A stretch of 64,000 bases of DNA from a virus (lineage: Duplodnaviria > Heunggongvirae > Uroviricota > Caudoviricetes > Demerecviridae): the IMG/VR virus record IMGVR_UViG_3300016480_000208. One strand, given 5' to 3'. Made by a program: the position numbers and the translations under genes. Each line of letters opens with the position of its first letter. The first letter of the stretch is position 1. The notes under the pieces are model-generated. The model did no database searches. It was not told the DNA's origin and saw only the letters and a program-made list of their open reading frames with translations. This document shows, piece by piece, positions 10,926 to 21,466 of this stretch.

Positions 10926-11786
10926 TTATTTACCTGCCATGTTTTGAACAGCAATGGAGTCCAGCATTTCAGTAGGCACGAATACTTTATTTTCAGAAGC
11001 TGCCAGCTTTTCCAGAACTTCCAGTTGACGAAGTTTCAGGTAGTTCGGACTAAACATCTTATCGGCAACCATTGCTGTAGTAGCTGCTTTCATCATTTCC
11101 AATTCACGCCGCTGGGTTTCTACTTCTTTATCAGTCTGGATTTGCAGCAAGTCAAGGTTACGCTGAGCCAATACTTGGTCTTCGTTTTCCTTACGCTTAG
11201 CGGCATTTTCTTGAGCATCAGTGATAATTTTGGGGTAGTCTACATTGGTAAGGCCAGCAGCCTTAACCAGGAAAGGTGTGCCCTTCAACTGATTTTGAAG
11301 CTCAGAATGCAGGAATTGGTTGACCTTATCCCGGTTAGATGCAATTTCCGCAATAGTAAACTTAGACAGAATTTGTGGCATCAAAGTATTAATCTTAGTA
11401 GATGCTGTACGATTATACACATCACCAAGCCGGATCACCGCCAGTTGATCCTCTACGTTCTGTGCTGGAATGATGCTGAAAATATTGTCGTATTTGCTAG
11501 GGTCAATGGCCAGAGTCATTGATACCCCGTAAGTAAGGTTCAACTTGTCTTTAGGCATGAAAGTCTTAAATTCATTATTGAACACTTGGTCGGAGGCTTC
11601 TAGCAGTACCAGCTTATCACAATATCCCCAGCATTTATCCAGCCGGAACTTTGAGGGTTGGATAATATTTTCCTGGAAACCTTTAGGGGTTTGAATTTTA
11701 CCTACATAAGAGGTAGGTACCTCAGCTGGCTGGCCACATCCGGCCAGAACAAACATAGCGATCAACATCAATAGATATTTCTTCAT
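10926..11786 (-). CDS. Lipoprotein (lipobox LAGC), coiled-coil rich.
   Basis: MKKYLLMLIAMFVLAGCGQP signal and lipobox. Confidence 0.55.
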   Translation of the reverse strand: MKKYLLMLIAMFVLAGCGQPAEVPTSYVGKIQTPKGFQENIIQPSKFRLDKCWGYCDKLVLLEASDQVFNNEFKTFMPKDKLNLTYGVSMTLAIDPSKYDNIFSIIPAQNVEDQLAVIRLGDVYNRTASTKINTLMPQILSKFTIAEIASNRDKVNQFLHSELQNQLKGTPFLVKAAGLTNVDYPKIITDAQENAAKRKENEDQVLAQRNLDLLQIQTDKEVETQRRELEMMKAATTAMVADKMFSPNYLKLRQLEVLEKLAASENKVFVPTEMLDSIAVQNMAGK

Positions 11787-12122
11787 TTATTTCTCCACTT
11801 GGTTTATCAATTTATGTCATTATTATATCAAAGAACGGGGTTTCTAGCAAAAATTACCGCATAAGAGCGAAGGGCCAGGCAATTGCAATATAAATAGCAG
11901 ATACTATAGCAATTACCGTCATTCTAGCTGCGGCATTGGCCCTTGGGAGCATCATAAATTGTATGCGAATTTTTGCAACCTTTTGTCTGTGCCTTTCTGG
12001 AAGTTTTTCAATAGGGATATACCCCATATACATTCTGGTAAGCATCACTGCGGAACCGATACCCAGAAGGGCAGATATGGAGACATATACTACTAAAAAG
12101 TAGTGCAAAAACATATCAGTCA

Positions 12123-13034
12123 TTAAAAAGCCCCCTCATTTACAAAGAAATCTTCTATCACAGCCCTACGACCCTGCTCTTCGAGGTCATCCCATTCTTC
12201 TTTGGAATATAGATCGCGGATAACCTCAATTACCCGGTAAAACTCTTCATCAAAATGCTCTTTGCGGTTTTCACCAAACATCAAATCAGAGGCTTTGGAA
12301 CTACGCATCAAGAACTTCTTGGTGAGGTAGTGGTTAGTCTTTAGCTTGAACAAAAGCTCTCCATTGGTCGAATAGACCATCCAACCTTCATGCTTTGCTG
12401 TTTTTGCAACTTCCAGAGCCCATCCAAGGGTAGTTGGTACTGCCTGGTGGTGCATAAAACCCATATCTTTTGCAAGGGCGTTACGCTCCTCAAAAGAAAA
12501 CACCTTTTCAGGAGTTTTCACCCTCAAAAGGTGCAACCCAAAAGTTTCACTAACAATATGCGGGTCGCTGGGGTCTACTACCTCAAAAGTAAGGGTAGTA
12601 AACTCCGGAAACTTCACCAGCTCCTGTACCTTACTATGTGGGATAGAGTTAAAGAATCTAGTAATACCTAGAGCCACAAAATCAGAGTCTAGCGACCCAG
12701 TAGTAGAGAATAACAGACGATGCATACCCAGCTCTTCTACCACTGTAACATTCAGCATAAATCCATTAACTTTATAGTCAAGAATTACCTCCGTATCAAG
12801 AGGCAGACCTACTCCAGTGTTACGTTCCCCGAAGTTGTATACTTTAACCATTGGCTCTACGACTAATTGTTCACCACGGAACACTGTGCCACGAAACAGT
12901 TCCAACTCTGGGGTCCACAGGTTCTTGTAGAACACTTTGCGAGCATATTTGTAGATGGTGTATTCACCACATTCGGTGGCCTTCACTAAGCCCTCGGTAA
13001 CAAGTCGTTGGGCCATTTCATAAGTAGCTTTCAT
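12123..13034 (-). CDS. rnl: Rnl1-like RNA ligase (tRNA-repair type).
   Basis: From memory it aligns to the T4 Rnl1 N-terminus (YxIYKY..ELFRGTVF..EPM.K.FN) and has a nucleotidyltransferase motif I, KVNG. Confidence 0.6.
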   Translation of the reverse strand: MKATYEMAQRLVTEGLVKATECGEYTIYKYARKVFYKNLWTPELELFRGTVFRGEQLVVEPMVKVYNFGERNTGVGLPLDTEVILDYKVNGFMLNVTVVEELGMHRLLFSTTGSLDSDFVALGITRFFNSIPHSKVQELVKFPEFTTLTFEVVDPSDPHIVSETFGLHLLRVKTPEKVFSFEERNALAKDMGFMHHQAVPTTLGWALEVAKTAKHEGWMVYSTNGELLFKLKTNHYLTKKFLMRSSKASDLMFGENRKEHFDEEFYRVIEVIRDLYSKEEWDDLEEQGRRAVIEDFFVNEGAF

Positions 13035-13042
13035 AACATTCC

Positions 13043-13489
13043 TTAAATAAGTTTGATAGATGCACGAAGTTTGCGTTCTTGGCCTTCACGTACCTCTTGT
13101 GGAACGCCATGGATAGAATCACTACCATGACGGTTCTCTACAATGAGCGAGATAAATCGCGCACCATGTTGTTTGGCGATGTCTTGGTAAATTCCCACAT
13201 CTTTTTCTGTGGTGGCTGTGTTATGCACGACTACGCTTGTCCCATCTTCCAAAATCTGGCGAACAGTTAATTGGCACCAGTGATGGGCTAAGTGGATTTT
13301 ACGGATATCAAAATCGTAATCAGGGCCCCAGTAGTCGTCCGCAGCTACTGTAGTGAAGCTACCAAGGTTTTCAAAGATACCAGCCAAGGTAGATTTGCCG
13401 GCCCCAGAAACACCACGTACAAGAATTAGTGTTTTTTCCATGTTAGAACCCCAAAAGTTTAAGAATACCTGAAATAGCCATAAGAGCAA
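13043..13489 (-). CDS. pnk: P-loop polynucleotide-kinase-like protein (Pnk kinase domain only).
   Basis: Walker A GVSGAGKST. Lies adjacent to the RNA ligase. Confidence 0.5.
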   Translation of the reverse strand: MLLWLFQVFLNFWGSNMEKTLILVRGVSGAGKSTLAGIFENLGSFTTVAADDYWGPDYDFDIRKIHLAHHWCQLTVRQILEDGTSVVVHNTATTEKDVGIYQDIAKQHGARFISLIVENRHGSDSIHGVPQEVREGQERKLRASIKLI

Positions 13490-13680
13490 AGCCCAAGTAG
13501 ACCATAGGATCGATTATTTTCCAGTACTTGTAGTATTTTGGTTTAGCGTGGTAGGCACTACTAATAAAGCCGATGATATAACCAAAAATAAATAGGCTCA
13601 GGATTGGAAACTCGCGAATAAACTCAATCATTTGTTTCTCCATTCAATTTATACGAATATTATAGCAAAAAAGGTGGTTA

Positions 13681-13962
13681 TTAGCCACCTTTATCTTGCA
13701 ATAAGCAACCACTCAGGGCTGCTTCCAATTGGTCAATATAAGCTTTCTACTTTAGTCTATCGACTAGCAAACCTCTGGCTCTCTCTACCCTAGAATCTGG
13801 TACTTTGTCTAAGATAAACACGGGTTTTTCTGGCATTTTGCTGGCGCAAGGGACAAAAACCTCTTTGTTTACGTAGATTATCTCAGTTTTAACTATGGGT
13901 TTTTGCTAACAGCCTGTTAGCATCAATCCAAGGAGTCCAGCAAACCAAATACTTGCTCGCAT
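13681..13962 (-). CDS. Outer-membrane lipoprotein spanin (Rz1-like). It starts inside the 3' end of the Rz-like gene in the +1 frame and contains in-frame TAG codons.
   Basis: Manual translation gives MRASIWFAGLLGLMLTGC(TAG)QKP... with a lipobox Cys. The ORF track shows nothing here because of the TAGs. Confidence 0.5.
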
Positions 13963-14309
13963 ACTGTGCCCTCCTGATTTTTGGCCATAAGGGCCTTAAT
14001 TTTTTCTTCATAGGTTTTAGCCTGTGCGTCTGCCTGAGCTTGCTAAAGCTTACCCTGCGCCTTCAGGCTTTCCTAAGCCTAGGCCGCAAGTTGTACACGC
14101 TGGTTATTGTCTTCGATGACCTGTTCTAGTGAGGTATTATTCTATTCTAAAGTAGACACTTGTAATTGGTATTCCTATACCAGCTTATTCAAGTTAGCTA
14201 CCTCTACCTCTAAGCCCCTATTTTCAAACTTAGTAGCAGCCAGGGCTAGCTATAACACCTATATAATAGCTATTCCTATTAGGTTGTCCTTCAAAAATTT
14301 TTCTATCAT
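13923..14309 (-). CDS. Inner-membrane spanin (Rz-like) with an N-terminal TM segment, a coiled coil and 5 or more in-frame TAG codons.
   Basis: Manual translation: MIEKFLKDNLIGIAII*VL*LALAATKF...QLAA*A*ESLKAQGKL*QAQADAQAKTYEEKIKALMAKNQEG... The TAGs sit in hydrophobic and coiled-coil positions. Confidence 0.55.
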
Positions 14310-14346
14310 CTTATACTCCAAAAGCGGGCACAAGGCCCGCTTAATG

Positions 14347-14907
14347 TTATTTAATGCTAATTGTTTCAGCCAGTCCGGTATCGAATGCTCGGTTGGTTTG
14401 AACATCGCTAATAACTTGGCACATCTTATTCAGGTCAATTTTCGGGTAACCCGCCAGATTCATCCAGAAACCAGACCAAACGTACTCAAGATTGCTTTTG
14501 TAAGTAGCACACGCTTCCAGTTTACGGTCTTGTGAGAGCTGGAACTCCTTACGACCACCTTGCATGGCGGCTTGGATATTCAGATAAACTTTCTGGTCAA
14601 CAACCTGACCCTTCTCCTGAATCCACTGCATCATAGCCTTGGAGCCACCCTCTCCATAACGAGAACTCATTTCAGCCTCCACATACTTAGTCAGGTCGTT
14701 GATAAGCATGTCTGGAATCTGGGCCATGTCCTTAACGGTCATGGTCAATGCGCTCAAGGTATTGCGTGAGTTTTCATTATACTTGTTAATTGTCTGTTCT
14801 TGTCGTACAGCTTCGTTTTTATATGTGATGTAAGTCGTGAAACCAACACCAGCAGAAACGAAAACCAGAGCAAGTACAATAGCCAGAGCAATAAGTGCTG
14901 CCTTCAT
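14347..14907 (-). CDS. LemA-family membrane protein.
   Basis: N-terminal TM (MKAALIALAIVLALVFV) followed by a LemA-like helical region. Its start overlaps the upstream stop (TAATG). Confidence 0.45.
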   Translation of the reverse strand: MKAALIALAIVLALVFVSAGVGFTTYITYKNEAVRQEQTINKYNENSRNTLSALTMTVKDMAQIPDMLINDLTKYVEAEMSSRYGEGGSKAMMQWIQEKGQVVDQKVYLNIQAAMQGGRKEFQLSQDRKLEACATYKSNLEYVWSGFWMNLAGYPKIDLNKMCQVISDVQTNRAFDTGLAETISIK

Positions 14908-15962
14908 TAAAACATCTCCTCTTGATGAAATTTGCGGCCGATAAAGGCCATGCCTACAATTTGTAATACAACCAGAACAAAGATAACCCAAGGGTTCGCC
15001 TTCACAGAACTATCGAACAAGTCTTTAAACTCTTTATTGCTTACCCTTACGAAGTGTTTCTCAACCAAAGCCATCTGGTTTTTCAGCATGTCTAGGTTAA
15101 GTACATCACCCAAAGCTGCTTGACGAAGCTGAGTAATGAGTACTGCGTTATTCATGCCCATTGCGAAAGTGTGTGCCCTGAACCAGTTGACCTTGCCCCC
15201 AGCATCTACACCATAAATCATAATGAGCGCGTTTTTGTCTCCACCCTTTACCTGATACAACACGCTATCTGCATATGCCTCAGTTGGGTAGTCTGTTACA
15301 ATCACCCAAGGTGCTACTTGCTTTTTAGCACCATTTTCCTTCAACCACTCTCTTAGGTACTCGTTGAATCCTTGTACTGAAACCTTGCTGTTATTATCTA
15401 CCAAACGCACTCTGTAGTAGTCAAACGTGGAGGGCTCTTTTACACTGGAAATAATCTCACTTTTAGGGGGAAGGAGAACTGTATCCTCCATAGCCTTCAA
15501 GAAGTTATTAGTTGTGGTGGTGAGCGTTGCAGGCTCACCAATTACAACTTTAGACCAGCGGGGTGGCTCGTGGCTGCCACGACGGTCGATACGGTCGATG
15601 GTAAAGTTTCCTACGCTAGACCTAACTACCCAATCCCAGTCGTTAGTATGTTCATCACAGTAGATAGGAGTACACGTCCTATTGCCTTTACTATCGCTGG
15701 AGCATGACTCTCCGCATTTGTACTGGTGCTCACAAGAGGTATACTGTTTTTCTTTGCCAGTGATCTTACCGTGAAGCAGATTTGTTTCAAGAGTGCCAGA
15801 CCACATAGACAGTACAGTAATCATGGTTCCCAGTAGCGCTGCTACGACTCCAGCACCGAAATGTGCCAACACTTCTTTGGGGTTGATGCTTTTACCGTAG
15901 TACAACCTACTTCCAATGACCACAAAAACTGTAGCCATAAAGAACCATGCGAAGTAAATCAT
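14907..15962 (-). CDS. Cys-rich integral membrane protein.
   Basis: 351 aa with multiple TM segments and many Cys residues in the central loop. Confidence 0.45.
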   Translation of the reverse strand: MIYFAWFFMATVFVVIGSRLYYGKSINPKEVLAHFGAGVVAALLGTMITVLSMWSGTLETNLLHGKITGKEKQYTSCEHQYKCGESCSSDSKGNRTCTPIYCDEHTNDWDWVVRSSVGNFTIDRIDRRGSHEPPRWSKVVIGEPATLTTTTNNFLKAMEDTVLLPPKSEIISSVKEPSTFDYYRVRLVDNNSKVSVQGFNEYLREWLKENGAKKQVAPWVIVTDYPTEAYADSVLYQVKGGDKNALIMIYGVDAGGKVNWFRAHTFAMGMNNAVLITQLRQAALGDVLNLDMLKNQMALVEKHFVRVSNKEFKDLFDSSVKANPWVIFVLVVLQIVGMAFIGRKFHQEEMF

Positions 15963-17012
15963 TTACTCAGTTCCTTCTCATATTTAGAGATAGCAGCCTC
16001 TACCAAGTTCAGTGAATTAGCTGCGATACGTTTAGCTTGTTCGTTCTCGTAAACAGTAGTTGCAAAGGTCTGAATACCATAAGCCCCTAACATCGTGTAC
16101 GCTGTTTTTTGGGTTGGCAGTGCGCTATTCCACAGCAGCCCAAGTATACACGCAATAATTATCTTGCCGAGAGGGGCATTAAGCAAAAACTTACCCAATG
16201 CCGCGTTATCTCTATCCTTAGAGTCTTCTAACCCTACTTTACGCAAAACCCAACCAATAAAACTGAATACCAGCAATAATACAAACAAAAGAATCCATGG
16301 GCTGCCTGTTTCATCTCTGCAAATAGTTTCAGCCAAATAAATAAAGAGTGCGAGTTCCATTAACGTTTTCCCCTAAAAGAAGTCTTATTATCAAAGCCGT
16401 GCTTTTCCAGTTTGTCTTTGTCGCTCAGTTGAACCATCTCAGGCTCGCTGGCGTGACGACCAAACCAAGCATTAATTTCTGTATATAGAAATTGTGGGTC
16501 TACATTTTTAAATACTGCTACTTCTGGGTGGAAGCGAGATGCTTGACCACCAACGTTCAGCTGAGGGTTGGTAAAAATCCCGCCAACGTTATACCCCTTT
16601 TCATCAACATACTCCCCAACCAGTACAATTGGGGCTTTATACTTATCAGTATATGTTTTTAGTTCCTCTAAATACTCATTCACTCTCTCCAAAGCCCAGT
16701 CTTTCCATTTAGGCTTAAAACTTTGCAGGAGCTGACCCTTACTATCTACATAATAAACAATAACGCTCTGGTTCACCACCAGAATCTGGGCCTTGAATTC
16801 AGTATTATCAGTAAATCTGCCGTTCAAGCAGCGATGCTTAGACGGCAGTGCTTTAGCAACTCTAGAGGTCTTACGATCCCAAACAATTTTGGGGTCTTGA
16901 CCATACATAAAGAAGATATGGTCATATACGTCCTTAAACCGTTGAATAATCTTCATAAGCTCTCCTCATTCAATATAAATATTATATCAAATAACATCCT
17001 TGTTAGCTACGA

Positions 17013-17759
17013 TTATTCCGCTATGATGAAAGTCTCACCTTTAGTGAAAACTCGGTCTGCATACCGGTCTCTAAAGTGTGCTATCAAGTTACCTTCTGGA
17101 GTAATTTCTATGAGACACAACAAACGCTTGAACACATAGCCCAGGTCAAGGTATACCCTGTTATTTATAATAGTAGGCCTATCAACTACGGTGTGTCCAT
17201 GGAATACGTACTTCACATCCGGCAGAGCCTTACACGGCTGCCCATAGATGATGTCCCTACCCCACATTGCAGCTTTCTCCAAAACACCACTGGTATCCTC
17301 GGCCATTGCGCTGATAAAGTCTTCCCAGGTGTTGAAGCGGGCTGGAACTTCTGCGTGAACGAAGGCGTACCTGTTTCCATGGAAGTCCACACTAAGATGT
17401 ACTGGCAGTTTTAATACATCTTCTGCATACGTCTTTAGTACATGACGCTCCTCATTAAGAGCCCACACTCCGCCGTTAAAGTAGACCCAGTTGCCTGATG
17501 GCTCAGATTTGTGAGCAAAATCCGCCAAAAACTGGTCATGGTTACCCCTTACTGTGAGGTAGGCACCAGTTTTGTCATAGAGGAAAAACTTCAAAGTATC
17601 TGCGGAATCTGGGCCTCTATCTACCAAATCACCACAGTTAACTAGCAGGTCTTGTGTTACATCAAACCCTACTTTATTTAGCATTTTGTGTAAAGTATGA
17701 ATGTTTCCATGCAGATCGGTGCATACAAACAATCTACCAGAATTTTTTACTACCTGCAT
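17013..17759 (-). CDS. Ser/Thr protein phosphatase (lambda-PPase-like metallophosphatase).
   Basis: DLHG, GDLVDRG and GNHD motifs. Confidence 0.7.
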   Translation of the reverse strand: MQVVKNSGRLFVCTDLHGNIHTLHKMLNKVGFDVTQDLLVNCGDLVDRGPDSADTLKFFLYDKTGAYLTVRGNHDQFLADFAHKSEPSGNWVYFNGGVWALNEERHVLKTYAEDVLKLPVHLSVDFHGNRYAFVHAEVPARFNTWEDFISAMAEDTSGVLEKAAMWGRDIIYGQPCKALPDVKYVFHGHTVVDRPTIINNRVYLDLGYVFKRLLCLIEITPEGNLIAHFRDRYADRVFTKGETFIIAE

Positions 17760-17772
17760 AGAAGCTCCTTAT

Positions 17773-17797
17773 GCGAAAAAAGCTGGCCGAAGCCAGC
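17773..17797 (-). terminator. Rho-independent terminator after the TAG-dense membrane gene.
   Basis: agctggc cgaa gccagct with a T-run on the minus strand. Confidence 0.7.
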
Positions 17798-18370
17798 TCA
17801 TAGATTACGGTTCCAGTTTAGAAAACCATAGGCACATATCGCAAGTATCGGTAGAAACTACCAACTATGCAACACCCCTATAATACACACCCCAAGCCAC
17901 TATACCCAGCTACTGCTTAACCCATTAGCCATAAGTACAGAAGCCACCGATATACCTCCCAAATATTGAAGCTCTACCGCGGTATAAGGTACGTCATGCT
18001 ATGACATGAACATACCTAAACTTAGGAGTCCAAGGGTTAGGTAGCAAATGTACCCTGCTAAGTAGATCCAGCCGTACCCTTGTAAGTTTCTAGGAACGTA
18101 ATCCCTGGTTGCCTATATCTAGCAGCAGGAACCAAATACTATGTTCTATATGGACTACGTAAGAGACGCGGAGTACTACTACTAAACCACACCCTAAACC
18201 TACCCAATGAAGAAACCCAGCTTATTAAGCCTCTAAATGAGAAACATTATAGCTGCGAAAGGTAGCAAGGTTATATACTGGTGGCCTTCCTATAGTACCT
18301 AGGTAGTGATAAGCTAAACTACTAAGAACTAAAGTTCTTTCATAGTTATTTGTTGCAGAAAGGCAGTCAT
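17797..18370 (-). CDS. TAG-dense multi-pass membrane protein (holin-like), ~191 codons with ~19 in-frame TAG.
   Basis: Manual translation from RBS gggagga + ATG (cat at 18368-70) to TGA at 17797-99 has no TAA or TGA. The TAGs fall inside hydrophobic helices. Confidence 0.5.
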
Positions 18371-18471
18371 ACGTCCTCCCTGATTAGCACGCTGATTTCT
18401 CAGCCAAATTTGTAAACCCCATGTTTACAGCACTATTATAGCTCTTATTACGGCATAAGTCAAGCTATTTT

Positions 18472-18972
18472 TTATTTCGCCCCATCAAGGAGTGCGATCT
18501 CTAGTGTTGCTAATGCATCTGTTAGGGGGTTATGCCAACTATTCAGTCTTTTTCTACCTAGAAGCATGTACATGCTTTCTAGCTTAGTTGGTTTCTCAAA
18601 CATCCTTTGACTATCGACTAGCTTATCTACCATTCTTTTGCATCTAATATCGTGTTCCATACCAGCATGGAAAATTAAGGATGCTAGTAGTTTGGCCTCT
18701 TTACCCCAGGAGTAAATGGTATCACAATCCTTGGTAGCTTCCAAAAGGGCTATCACTGCATCTTTACAAGTGTGCTTACCCTGCCACAACTCTTCTTGTA
18801 CTACTACGTGATTTTTTACATAGTGGTTTATCTTTTTTCCTTTCTGGGAAATAGTAAATAGCAGGGAATCTGTTACTACCAGGTTATCCCCATCCTGGTA
18901 GCCTTTTGCCAGGGCTACTGCTAGAGGGAATGTTCCGTTCATTTCTAGGTCTAGCGCACAAAACTGCTTCAT
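18472..18972 (-). CDS. DEDD-family 3'-5' exonuclease.
   Basis: ALDLEMNG exo motif; ends with TAA. Confidence 0.5.
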   Translation of the reverse strand: MKQFCALDLEMNGTFPLAVALAKGYQDGDNLVVTDSLLFTISQKGKKINHYVKNHVVVQEELWQGKHTCKDAVIALLEATKDCDTIYSWGKEAKLLASLIFHAGMEHDIRCKRMVDKLVDSQRMFEKPTKLESMYMLLGRKRLNSWHNPLTDALATLEIALLDGAK

Positions 18973-19250
18973 TTGATATCCTATAGGTTACAAGGGCTTT
19001 CCCCTCCCCAATAGGTACTATATCTAGTACCTTAAAGGGAATATCTTCGTAAAACTTTTGGTAGTTAGACACTATGAACTCTCGGACTAGATTACCATCA
19101 AGGTCTGGAATAAGTATATCAGTTAAAAGTCTGCGATACTCTTTAACCATTTCGTGTACAAAAGTATCTTCCTAGCTATAGGAGCCATCCCAGATCCTGG
19201 GCTATACCTCGGTTTCATAGTAGACTAACAGATTTACCAACGTACCAAGA

Positions 19251-19874
19251 TTAGTTAACGGCTATAAAATAGAACTCATGCCACTGGACTAGGGCATCGT
19301 ACTCTGCGTCATGCAAGGCTCCTTCTGGTTTTAGTCTAGAAGCTGCTTCTTCGGCATACTCTCTCGCAGCATCCAGCAATTCTTTAGGGCGTGACATTTT
19401 AAAAGACCTAAAGTCTCTTCGGCAGTTGTACCCAAAAAGGCTCTCAAAGAAGCCCAAACCACCATTAGAGGTGCCAATAAGTTCAAAATCACAGTTGTAT
19501 TCCAGCAAGTACTCCAGCTTAGGTATGTCATGAGTAATGCCTTTTGACATGAGTATCACTTGGTCCACTTTTAGCTGTTTAGCCCTTCCTGTTAAGGAGG
19601 AGACCTCGTTTACCAAATCCCGAGCAACCCAGGCAACTGGGTCTGTGTTAGTCATATACTTTGCAAGTTGCTTAGGATTATGTTCGGCCCAGAATTTCAA
19701 AGTATTGGGTTGAACTACCCCACCCTCTTGCCAGCTAGGTTTGTAGCTGATTCGTCTTAAATTTTCCGGAGAAGTGCCATAGCAGATACCAATATCCAGT
19801 AACTGGCCATTGGGCTCATCTGTGCTGAGATACTCCAAATCAATCATTACCAGAAGAATGTCTAACTCTTTCAT
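19251..19874 (-). CDS. DEDD-family 3'-5' exonuclease (DnaQ-like).
   Basis: IDLEYLSTDE... motif. Confidence 0.5.
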   Translation of the reverse strand: MKELDILLVMIDLEYLSTDEPNGQLLDIGICYGTSPENLRRISYKPSWQEGGVVQPNTLKFWAEHNPKQLAKYMTNTDPVAWVARDLVNEVSSLTGRAKQLKVDQVILMSKGITHDIPKLEYLLEYNCDFELIGTSNGGLGFFESLFGYNCRRDFRSFKMSRPKELLDAAREYAEEAASRLKPEGALHDAEYDALVQWHEFYFIAVN

Positions 19875-19914
19875 AAATGCTCCTAAAAGAAAGGGGGCTT
19901 ACTGCCCCCGTTAT

Positions 19915-20841
19915 TTACTTGGAAATCTTGACCAGCTTTTCAGACAGGTCTTGAATTACCCGTTGAATCGGGAAGGCTTCCACGGCCTTAAAGGTGGCGT
20001 AACGAAGAGCGTTATCTGCTACTTCCATCACGGAATCATTAACAGTCAGACGACCGTTACTAGATTTCAGAATAGTATGAACTACAGTAACGATACCCAA
20101 AGTAACGAACGGGTTATCTTTGACCCAGGAGTTGGCACCCATCAGTCGTCCAACAAAGCCAACTTTAACCGGCATGATAGAGAACGCGATTTGCTTAATA
20201 ACTTCCACAGCAGCCATACCAGTGGCCACGTCAATAGCGTCGTTTACCACGGTCTTGGAGGTCTTAGCGAGGTTTTGGGTAGCGGCTTGTACAAAAGTTT
20301 GTTCGGACATTTCTTTTTCCTTAGCGTAGGCGATATTTACGGATTCATCAAGGGTTTTATAGGTGTAGGCTGGATCACCACTATACTTAGTACTAGTGTC
20401 AGAGCATTTCTGCTCGTCTCTACCTACGGAGTAGGTTTCTTCAATAACAAACGCGGTATCAGGGCCGGCAATCTCCACCGACATGATACGTCTTTTGTCT
20501 CTCATGGCTTCTACAAACTGCACCATGTCTTCGATAACACGAGTTTGGACTGGAGCTGTACTTTCCAGATCTTCAAAGGTTTCAGTGAAGTAGACCAGTG
20601 TGACGCACATCTTGTTACTACGACACACTCTTAATACGTTTAAGGGGACGGCTCGCGCTGTCATCATATCAGCGAGTGTGCAGTACGACATTCCACGACC
20701 TTTATTACCCTGATACTCTTTGGCGCAAATACCCGGAGCATTTACCATAAAATGGTTCGCGCAGTCTGCGTTCCGGTTTACTAGGGTTTCAAAGACTTTA
20801 AGGCCAGTATATTCAGGCTTAAATCGCAGCTTTACCATCAT
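19915..20841 (-). CDS. Hypothetical protein.
   Basis: 308-aa ORF with a hairpin terminator at 19886-19910. Confidence 0.45.
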   Translation of the reverse strand: MMVKLRFKPEYTGLKVFETLVNRNADCANHFMVNAPGICAKEYQGNKGRGMSYCTLADMMTARAVPLNVLRVCRSNKMCVTLVYFTETFEDLESTAPVQTRVIEDMVQFVEAMRDKRRIMSVEIAGPDTAFVIEETYSVGRDEQKCSDTSTKYSGDPAYTYKTLDESVNIAYAKEKEMSEQTFVQAATQNLAKTSKTVVNDAIDVATGMAAVEVIKQIAFSIMPVKVGFVGRLMGANSWVKDNPFVTLGIVTVVHTILKSSNGRLTVNDSVMEVADNALRYATFKAVEAFPIQRVIQDLSEKLVKISK

Positions 20842-21402
20842 TTACTTCCTTAATTTTGGTCATAGTTCGGGAAAGCACCACTTCTGCTTCTGCGGCAGTC
20901 ATACCTTCTTGAGCCGCCTTTTGCAGGTCTTGAATATTAAAAGATAGCAAATCCAACAGCATCTTATTTTGAACAGCCATTTCATATACACGAGCTTTCA
21001 GTTGTCGTTCAGTTTTGTACTTAGGTTGCATATTTCTCTCCTCACTTTCTAATAAATATTATATCAACAAATCGGGTTGGAAACAACCTTTATTGTAATT
21101 CGTTGTCAGTCTTTACTGATACGATGTATCCTTTTACCAGAGTTTCTAGGTTTAGAATTTTTAGCATCGTGTATGTTTGGTAATCTGGGTACTCGGTCTG
21201 GAGTTTTTGGAGATACTTCTACGGGTTAACCGTACTATGCTCAATTACCTCACCCGAGCTTAAGGTTATAACTAGATGAGAGCGTTTCACACTATTCCCT
21301 CCAACTCAACTTACCTTTTCCTGCTTGGATTAGAATCTACCACTCTCTTCTGGAGATAGAGAACCCTAATTTACGAAGAAAAAGCCTATTGGGCTCAGTA
21401 AA

Positions 21403-21438
21403 CAAAAAAGAGTCCCATAGGGCCCTAGCTTGGGACTC
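21403..21438 (-). terminator. Rho-independent terminator (hairpin gagtccca...tgggactc with a palindromic loop).
   Basis: Followed by tttttt on the minus strand. Confidence 0.6.
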
Positions 21439-21466
21439 ATTAATATGTAGTTTTTTCATAGCTCGA

